A stretch of DNA of 64,000 bases from Candidatus Aenigmatarchaeota archaeon (GTDB lineage Archaea; Aenigmatarchaeota; Aenigmatarchaeia; CG10238-14; SCSR01): contig JAWBNW010000001.1 in assembly GCA_039000685.1 (NCBI GenBank), positions 14,655-78,654 of the forward strand, in the 5' to 3' direction. Shown here piece after piece: positions 57,263 to 64,000 of this stretch. Both the position numbers and the translations under genes were made by a program. How positions within the stretch are numbered: the stretch's first letter is position 1; the number at the start of each line of letters is the position of its first letter. The notes below the pieces were generated by a model. It did no database searches, had not been told where the DNA came from, and was given only the letters and a program-made list of their open reading frames with translations.

Positions 57263-57815
57263 ATGCCTGAACTTTATGGTTATGAGAAAGGAATAGAAAG
57301 GGGATTGTTAGCAATTAAACAAATAGATGAAAGGACTTACGAAAAAGTGAAAGAATTTGTGAGGAAGTTGGAAACTAACAATTATTCAAAAAGAAGGATT
57401 TTTAAATACATTTATTTCTTGAAAAATCTCAGAGAGTTGCTTGGAAAAGATTTTAGTGAAGCCGAGAAACAAGATGTTGAAGAATTAGTGATAAAGCTTA
57501 ACAGCAATAACTATTCTGAGAATTCAAAAGCAGATTTCAAGAAGATTTTTAAGTTTTATTACTGCTGGCTTAAGTTTGGAAAGTTTGAAGGGAAGGAAAA
57601 GATTTGAAGAGGTGCTTAGGGATTTATTGATTTACTGTGCTGAAAGAGATAAGGATTTTAAGAAAGTTTTCGTTAAATTCATCAAGGAAAGGAACGCTCA
57701 AGATTTATTCGAAATGGAAAAAACTGAGAAAATACGCGCCATTGATTTTTTGAAAGGATGGAGTTTATGGAAGAAAAAAGAAAAGAGGGAAGGGGTGAAA
57801 AGAAAAAATACCTGA
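57263..57815 (+). pseudogene. Tyrosine-recombinase (integrase) N-terminal core-binding domain fragment, apparently frameshifted (57263..57607 and 57576..57815)
   Basis: ...YSKRRIFKYIYFLKNLRELLGKDFSEAEKQDVEELVIKLNSNNYSENSKADFKKIFKFYYCWL fits a phage-integrase SAM-like N-terminal domain. No catalytic R..HxxR..Y domain follows. Confidence 0.35.
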
Positions 57816-57963
57816 AAAAAACATACTATTTTTGTCAGTGAAAATTGAAGAAAAGCATGTTCTCGCCGTGGCACTTGACTGATGGTTATATAAACATCTG
57901 TCACAAATTTGGCAATTTTCATAAAAATCAAGATTTAAATCTTGATTTAAAAATAATAAAATT

Positions 57964-58338
57964 ATGCAATTTGATGTAAAAATACAACCCCCGTATTTGT
58001 ATCCAAAGAGAAAAAGAAAAGTTAAGTCTAGTATTAGAAAAAAATTAATGTACAAACCTCGCAAATGTGTTTATTGCAGAAAACATGAAGCTATGCATTT
58101 ACATCATGTTAGAGGTTTTGCAAAAGGCGGTAGTGATAAAGAAAGTAATTTAGTTCCTCTTTGCGCTAACTGCCATTACAAAATCCACCATGGTATAATA
58201 ACAACAGAACAATTGAAAAGAAGATTAGGAATTAAGACAAAGCTAAGGAAAAAATCAAAAAGAAAAAGAAGACAAGAATATTATAGGTTTGAATTACCTA
58301 AGTTTAAGCCACCAAAATTGAGTTTAAAACATTGGTGA
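57964..58338 (+). CDS. HNH endonuclease
   Basis: CVYCRKHEAMHLHHVRGFAKGGSDKESNLVPLCANCHYKIHHG is an HNH motif with a Zn-binding Cys pair. Basic K/R-rich tails. Confidence 0.6.
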   Translation: MQFDVKIQPPYLYPKRKRKVKSSIRKKLMYKPRKCVYCRKHEAMHLHHVRGFAKGGSDKESNLVPLCANCHYKIHHGIITTEQLKRRLGIKTKLRKKSKRKRRQEYYRFELPKFKPPKLSLKHW

Positions 58339-58476
58339 TATGTATGCCAGAATTTCTTGCAAGAAGAAAGAAGACTAAGACAAAGAGGCCGGTAAGTTTT
58401 ATGACAAAATACGGCATTGTGTGTTTTAAAGCAAGAAGAAAACCAAAACGAAGATATAGGGTGAGATTTTAATTTT

Positions 58477-58659
58477 TTATTTTTGAGTGTATAAGAACAG
58501 ACCGCCTACAAAAGCCATAATTATAGCCCCAAAAATATACCAACCTATATTTGAAAATTCAGGTGTTATTTGAGAAAAATTAGAAATAATTAAAAATACT
58601 ACATAGATTGCAAGTATACCAACCAATATAAATCTTATAAACTCCGTTATATTTTCCAT
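58477..58659 (-). CDS. Small two-TM membrane protein
   Basis: 60 aa, hydrophobic. Confidence 0.25.
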   Translation of the reverse strand: MENITEFIRFILVGILAIYVVFLIISNFSQITPEFSNIGWYIFGAIIMAFVGGLFLYTQK

Positions 58660-58842
58660 AATTTTTTTAACCCACTTTTATATAAATATAAATTTATCTT
58701 TTATGCTCAATGTTTCTAGATTTAGTCTAAATGTTCTAATCACTGCTGTTAATCTTTTTTATTCTTCTTCATTCTGATAAGTTATGTATTCGATAAATTT
58801 AAAATACCAAACTTTTTAACTTCATTTAAACAATAACTTTTC

Positions 58843-59076
58843 ATGTCAGAAGATATAGAAGAGCAAAAATTTGGGATTTTCATAGTAAGGAGAATAAACA
58901 AGAAGACAAAACAAATGCAAGTTGAGCTGAAGACAAAAGGCGAAAAATTTCCACTAAGCGAGGCAGTGATAATCCTAGAAGGCTGGATTGAAAGGGTGAA
59001 ACAAGAAATAAAGAAGCCTTTCAACTTTGACAAGATGATCTTCAAAAGCTTTGACAAGCCAGAAGAAAAGCCTTGA
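58843..59076 (+). CDS. Small hypothetical protein upstream of the minD-like gene
   Basis: ORF only. Confidence 0.25.
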   Translation: MSEDIEEQKFGIFIVRRINKKTKQMQVELKTKGEKFPLSEAVIILEGWIERVKQEIKKPFNFDKMIFKSFDKPEEKP

Positions 59077-59198
59077 ATTCAATCAAATAAAATTAACTTA
59101 AGCTTTGCTTTTCCCACTAGCCACAATTTTTTCCAATAACTTTAAAAATAAAAGCTAATAAACTTTTAAACTATAAAAAACAAATTAAGGTTGATTGG

Positions 59199-59972
59199 AT
59201 GACAAGGGCGATAGCAATAATAAGTGGTAAGGGCGGGGTTGGCAAAACTACCTTAACCTCAAACCTGGCTTCTGCCTTATGTTTGCAAGGGGAAGATGTT
59301 GTTGCTGTTGACGCCAACCTAACAACACCAAACTTGGGCCTGCACTTAGGAATGCATTTCGCCCCAATAACTTTACATGATGTGCTGAAAGGGGAGTCAA
59401 AGCTTAGAGATGCAACTTATCCTCATCCATTTGGGTTTAAAGTTGTGCCCGCAAGCATGAGTGTTGATGATTTGACTGGAATTGATCCTTCAAGACTTTA
59501 CGAAGTAGTTTTAAACTTGACAGGGAAGACCAATTTCATCCTTTTGGATTCAGCAGCAGGCTTGGGCAGGGAAGCAACTTCAGCCTTGCAAGCAACAGAA
59601 GAAGTCTTGATAATCACAAATCCAAACTTGCCTTCGGTTGCAGATGCTTTGAAGACCATAAGGCTTGCTGAAAGGCTGGACAAGAAGATAATTGGAGTGG
59701 TTGCAAACAGGGTTAGAAAGAAAGAATATGAATTAACAAAAGCTGAGATTGAAGAGATGACTGGCTATCCAGTTTTAGCGCAAATCCCCGAAGATAACAA
59801 TGTGACAAAAGCAATTTTTGCAAAGATGCCTGTTGTTAATTATTCTCCTCATTCACCAGCTGCGATTGAATTTAAAAGACTGGCTTGCTTGCTTACAGGA
59901 AAACCTTTCCTTGAAAAGCCAAGACTTCACTTCACTCTCATCGATAGACTTGTTAACTGGATGATGAGATAG
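59199..59972 (+). CDS. MinD/ParA-family P-loop ATPase
   Basis: Deviant Walker A IISGKGGVGKTT. Walker B ILLDSAAG. A'-motif. Confidence 0.75.
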   Translation: MTRAIAIISGKGGVGKTTLTSNLASALCLQGEDVVAVDANLTTPNLGLHLGMHFAPITLHDVLKGESKLRDATYPHPFGFKVVPASMSVDDLTGIDPSRLYEVVLNLTGKTNFILLDSAAGLGREATSALQATEEVLIITNPNLPSVADALKTIRLAERLDKKIIGVVANRVRKKEYELTKAEIEEMTGYPVLAQIPEDNNVTKAIFAKMPVVNYSPHSPAAIEFKRLACLLTGKPFLEKPRLHFTLIDRLVNWMMR

Positions 59973-60078
59973 TTTTTGCGATATACATTATCCTGAAGTT
60001 TGCATGAAAAGATAAAAGTTAGAAGATTCATTTAAATCAGGGAAATGAGTATGAAGTATTTTTGGCTTAAGAATAAAT

Positions 60079-61731
60079 TCACAATATAAAGCTCAAATCA
60101 ATCTCAAAAGCTGCTATTGGCATTTCCAACTTCCAATTCTCAAGAACAGAAGGGTGAATTTCGCCAATTATTCCAATAGCCTTGCCTTTAACCAAAATTT
60201 CTGCGGTTCTTCCTTCGATGAAGCTGGGATGCTTGCTCTCTCTTAACTTGTATTTTGCTCCAACCAAAGACATGAAAGCATCCAGAACAGCAACAATATC
60301 ATCATAGCTTACTCTAGAATCAGCAATTGCTACAACAAGCTTCCTCACATCTCTTGTTCTAGTTTCTTGCTTCTCATCAATCAAAACAACATCTCCAACT
60401 TCAAATATTTTTTGTGGATATTCAACATGTTGGTTATTTGCAAAAAATTCCATCAAGCTTGGCAATAGCCAATTCCTGAAAACACTCCAGTTTTCCGAGA
60501 CAATATTCTCTATTTCAGCTACTCTTTCTTCTTTCAAATTCATCTTCTTGAACAAATTCTCTTTGCTTGTTAAAGTGTAAGATAAAATCTCTTGAAAACC
60601 TAAGCTAACCATGAGCTCTTCAACTTTTTCAGTTTTCACTTCAATTTCACTAAGTTTCCCTTCAACTTTCATCTTCAAAGGTTCAGGCTTGATCTTGTTG
60701 TAGCCGTAAGAAATTATCACATCTTCAACCACATCTCTCTGATGCATTATGTCATTGCGATAAGCAGGGTAAAGCAATTCAATTTTTTTGCCTTTCTTCA
60801 AAATCTTGTAGTTTGCTTTCTCAAGCAATTTGCAAATTTCTCCCAAGCTTAAGTCAAGACCAGAAATTTTTCTCACGTAGCTTACATCAACAAAAGTCTT
60901 CTTCGGCTTGAAATCTGGTGTGATTATAGTTTTGCTAGGATAAACAACTTTCACAGAGCAAATTTCTCCACCTCGATCGGCCATAGCCGTTACCATCACA
61001 TTCAAAGCAGGCATCAAAAACTTTAAGTTAAAACCACTGCACTCAATGAAAACATTCTTTGTTTCTTCAGTAACTTTTCCACTATACTCTGAGTTTATGA
61101 TTGGTGGCAAGGACAAGACTTCATTTCTTGCATCGATGAAAATAGGATATTCTTTCTTTCCAGCAAGCAAATGTCCAAACTCTTTTCCTTTTGGATGCTT
61201 TTCCAAAATTTCCCTTGGTGTCAAAGCTTCCTTGAAATCAAGCGGAATGAACTTGATTCCATCAGGCTTTACTGTTGTAAATCTTATTGGTGGCTTAATC
61301 TTATCATAATCATAAACCCCAATTGCAACTTCTTTCCTGTTTCTTCCCAAGCTTCCAGCAATTTTTTCTTGAAGCTGAATCATTTGGGAGAGAAAAGCTG
61401 GAGTAACTTTTAAGTTTTTCACAACAGCACAAACTGTGTAAGGCCTAACTTTTGAAACTTTTTTATCAACTTCAACAACAACTTCTGAGCTCTTGACTTC
61501 ATATTCAGGAAAAATTGGCTCGAAAGCCCTACTTCTTATTTCTCTTGCTATTCCTTCTGAGCTCCATAAGTCTGGCCTGTTTGTGTCTTTTGCTTCAATT
61601 TTCAGATTGTCTCCTTCCACAGCCTCTATTTCACACTTTGCAAAATTTACAAGTTCTTTCAATTCTTCTATTTCAATTTTTCTTCCGATCAATTCACACA
61701 AATCTTGATAAGAAGCTTCTATGGTTGGCAT
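60079..61731 (-). CDS. pheT: Phenylalanyl-tRNA synthetase beta subunit (archaeal)
   Basis: MPTIEASYQDLCELIGRK N-terminus. B3/B4 and B5 domains. 550 aa. Confidence 0.85.
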   Translation of the reverse strand: MPTIEASYQDLCELIGRKIEIEELKELVNFAKCEIEAVEGDNLKIEAKDTNRPDLWSSEGIAREIRSRAFEPIFPEYEVKSSEVVVEVDKKVSKVRPYTVCAVVKNLKVTPAFLSQMIQLQEKIAGSLGRNRKEVAIGVYDYDKIKPPIRFTTVKPDGIKFIPLDFKEALTPREILEKHPKGKEFGHLLAGKKEYPIFIDARNEVLSLPPIINSEYSGKVTEETKNVFIECSGFNLKFLMPALNVMVTAMADRGGEICSVKVVYPSKTIITPDFKPKKTFVDVSYVRKISGLDLSLGEICKLLEKANYKILKKGKKIELLYPAYRNDIMHQRDVVEDVIISYGYNKIKPEPLKMKVEGKLSEIEVKTEKVEELMVSLGFQEILSYTLTSKENLFKKMNLKEERVAEIENIVSENWSVFRNWLLPSLMEFFANNQHVEYPQKIFEVGDVVLIDEKQETRTRDVRKLVVAIADSRVSYDDIVAVLDAFMSLVGAKYKLRESKHPSFIEGRTAEILVKGKAIGIIGEIHPSVLENWKLEMPIAAFEIDLSFIL

Positions 61732-62560
61732 TCAAATCCTCCTCAACCAATTCAACTTTCTTTTTTGAAATATATTTCCCACAATTTGGACAGATATAGC
61801 GTGGATATTTTTTATCTTTATATTTCCAAAATCCACATTTCCAAATTTTTTCATATCCACAATATGGGCAAGGAATTTCAATAGATGAGGCTCGTTTAAA
61901 GAAAGATTCTAACTCAATTATCTTTTGTATTTTATTTTGTTTTTCTTTATGTTTACTCAAAGGCAATAAAATTTTTGCTAATCTTATCACATCCTTTATG
62001 CGCATTAACATGACTCTATATAAATCGAAATTACAAACCCCTATGCCTGTGTAAGTACCTCTTTTTCTTACTAAATAAAAATGTGATTTAAATCCAAGTT
62101 CTTTTAATTTCTTATGAATTTGTTCTAAAATGGTTTTGTCACAAGTTCCTAAACTAAATACTAAGTCCTTATATTTTCCATTATATTTTTTGTGTTTGGT
62201 TATTATCCAACTACCTTCACTATCTACATATCCTGCTAAAAAAGAATAAAATAATTCTTCCTTATTTAATATCCATTCTGGAATGTACGTGGGTTTATTT
62301 ACTAAGAACTCAAAACTACTGTTCAAAGAACAATAAGCTCTAGTAGTTTTTTCTGTTGCACCACCTTTTTTCTCATACCACGAAACCTTTCCATAGCTTG
62401 AGAATACATTTTGAAACATCTCTATTTGTACAGGCTTAGAAGATGTTACCTCCACAATAACACGATTAGAATCTTTCCTCGCATATATATCACCAGCCCT
62501 TAAACCTAAAAGATAAGCTTTTTCTTCATCTGAAAGCAAAGGTATAGACAATTCGTTCAT
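61694..62560 (-). mobile_element. Free-standing LAGLIDADG homing endonuclease with C-terminal C4 zinc ribbon, inserted between pheS and pheT
   Basis: LAGLIDADG motifs LLGLRAGDIYAR and FLAGYVDSEGSW. C-terminal CPYCG...CPNCG ribbon. The 3' end overlaps the pheT start by 38 nt. It lies 10 nt downstream of pheS. Confidence 0.7.
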
Positions 62561-62570
62561 TCACATCTAC

Positions 62571-63854
62571 CTATTCTACAGATTGCTTCAGTCTCAGCCA
62601 CTTTAAATCTTTGGAAAAAAGTTCTCTTATATCGTTTATATTTAGTTTAAACATAGCTAATCTATCGATGCCTAAACCCCAAGCCAACACTGGTACTTTT
62701 ATACCTAAGGGGTAGGTTACCTCTTCTCTGAAAATTCCTGAACCACCAAGTTCAATCCATCCAAGTTGGGGGTGCTTGCAAGATAATTGGGCCGAGCATT
62801 CTGTGAAAGGATAGTAGTCAGGAATGAACTTAACCTCTTCAGCTCCAGCTATTTCTTTTGCAAACATTTTTAAAATTCCCAATAAATTTCTGAAGTTTAC
62901 ATCTTCACCCAAAACAATCCCTTCAACTTGATTAAACTCAACTCCATGAGAAGCATCAATCACATCTGGCCTATAGCACCTAGCTATAGCAAAGTATTTT
63001 CCAGGAATTTTTGGTTTACTTGCTAAAGTTCTTGCAGACAAGCAAGTACCATGTGCTCTTGGCATGAGCTGCATTGCAATTCTTGGATCCCATTTATAAC
63101 CCCAGCCTGTGCTTCCAGCAATTCCTTTTTCATGAGCTTTTTTCACTGCTTGAACAAACTTTTTTGGTAAACTCCCAAGCTTTGGATATTTCATCATGTA
63201 AGTGCTCCACCAATCTCTTGCAGGATGATTTTGTGGCTGATACAAGGCATCGAAATTCCAGAACTGTGTTTCTATTGTAGGGCCTCTCATTTCAATGAAG
63301 CCCATGTCAACAAGCTTCTTTCTGATTTGACTCAAAAATTGTAAGTAAGGTTGCCTTTTTCCATGAGAAATTTTGTCCAATTCAAGCTTCTTTCTAACAG
63401 TCACAACATCAACAGGCTTGAATTTTCGTCCTTTCCACAATTTTGTGACCAAAAGTTCATGGCTTAGAACATCAATTATATTTCCAGCTTTAGCTAAAGC
63501 TTCTTCAACCGCTTTGTAAGTTTCTGTAACTTTTTCAACCAAATTCCTTTCAATCAAAGTTTTCAAAGTTTCTTCATCAACTTCTTTTCCTTTAGCAATT
63601 TTCTTCAGAGCTTCTTCTTCCGGAATTTCTTCAGGCACAGGTTTCATAAGAATTATTTCATCACCTTTTTTCATCACCCATCCTTTTTCCAAAGCCCATT
63701 TCAAAGCTATGGGAAAATTCTTGATTTTTGGTATGAGCTTGCCAAGAGTTGCAGTTTTTTGGGGCATGCTGTCTAGCAGCAAAACAAGATTCTTCTCAGG
63801 CAAGCCTTTCTCCAAGTACTCCTTTCCTTCTTCTGTCAGCTTATAGCTTGACAT
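62571..63854 (-). CDS. pheS: Phenylalanyl-tRNA synthetase alpha subunit
   Basis: Class II motifs (...FRPDYYPFTECSAQ..., GWIELGGSGIF, GLGIDRLAM). Confidence 0.85.
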   Translation of the reverse strand: MSSYKLTEEGKEYLEKGLPEKNLVLLLDSMPQKTATLGKLIPKIKNFPIALKWALEKGWVMKKGDEIILMKPVPEEIPEEEALKKIAKGKEVDEETLKTLIERNLVEKVTETYKAVEEALAKAGNIIDVLSHELLVTKLWKGRKFKPVDVVTVRKKLELDKISHGKRQPYLQFLSQIRKKLVDMGFIEMRGPTIETQFWNFDALYQPQNHPARDWWSTYMMKYPKLGSLPKKFVQAVKKAHEKGIAGSTGWGYKWDPRIAMQLMPRAHGTCLSARTLASKPKIPGKYFAIARCYRPDVIDASHGVEFNQVEGIVLGEDVNFRNLLGILKMFAKEIAGAEEVKFIPDYYPFTECSAQLSCKHPQLGWIELGGSGIFREEVTYPLGIKVPVLAWGLGIDRLAMFKLNINDIRELFSKDLKWLRLKQSVE

Positions 63855-64000
63855 TTAATCACTATTTGATTTTTTTAATATTATTTGTATGTCCATGCGA
63901 TTCCTTTTTCAATTTTTCTTAGAGCTTTATAAAGCTCTTCTCCTTTACACTTCCACCCCCCCATCCTATAATATATTTTACCATCAGCATTCATTGCTAC

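Noticed and set aside
1-64000. CRISPR arrays, rRNA genes, IS elements with terminal inverted repeats
   Set aside because: No regularly spaced direct repeats, no rRNA-like conserved stretches and no transposase ORFs flanked by inverted repeats were seen on reading both strands.

Overview
The window reads as a low-GC (roughly 33-35%), gene-dense archaeal chromosome. The signs are class III (type IV pilin) signal peptides, FlaI/FlaJ-type pilus genes, aIF5B, archaeal-type tRNA synthetases, HerA, Rad50, TFB-like zinc ribbon and inteins. Gene content and the apparent absence of biosynthetic genes fit a small-genome, possibly DPANN-like, archaeon. That is an inference. I see five main blocks. First, the 3' end of rad50 and a divergent KaiC-like ATPase pair sit in front of a 7-gene operon of pilin-like proteins (2.6-7.5 kb). 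A facing minus-strand operon of HerA, a CBS-domain membrane protein, a FlaI-like ATPase, two TadC/FlaJ-like halves and a major pilin (7.5-13.7 kb) converges on it. This is the most system-like, potentially novel part of the window. Second, a translation and housekeeping core: aIF5B, hisS, tmk, purD, purF, ileS, alaS, leuS, pheS/pheT, acs, iorAB, minD-like and peptidases. Third, heavy LAGLIDADG selfish-element load: inteins in ileS (457 aa) and acs (379 aa), a free-standing homing endonuclease wedged between pheS and pheT, and a truncated homing-endonuclease remnant. Fourth, a GC-enriched, decaying remnant of an alpha-aminoadipate-type lysine pathway: an ATP-grasp gene, a homocitrate/isopropylmalate-synthase-family gene with a C-terminal RAM domain, and a frameshifted and truncated leuB/homoisocitrate-dehydrogenase-like pseudogene. 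Fifth, an odd tRNA locus. It has a 16-nt duplicate of the tRNA 5' end 590 bp upstream and a 13-nt insertion after position 9. The anticodon arm is non-canonical. An integrase fragment and an HNH nuclease lie downstream, suggesting an integrated-element scar. Two further compositional outliers are a GC-rich Cys-rich secreted sequon-rich protein and a 960-aa surface protein with a repeat-encoded Thr linker. No CRISPR arrays or rRNA genes were seen. All protein calls come from reading motifs in the supplied translations, and none was verified by database search.
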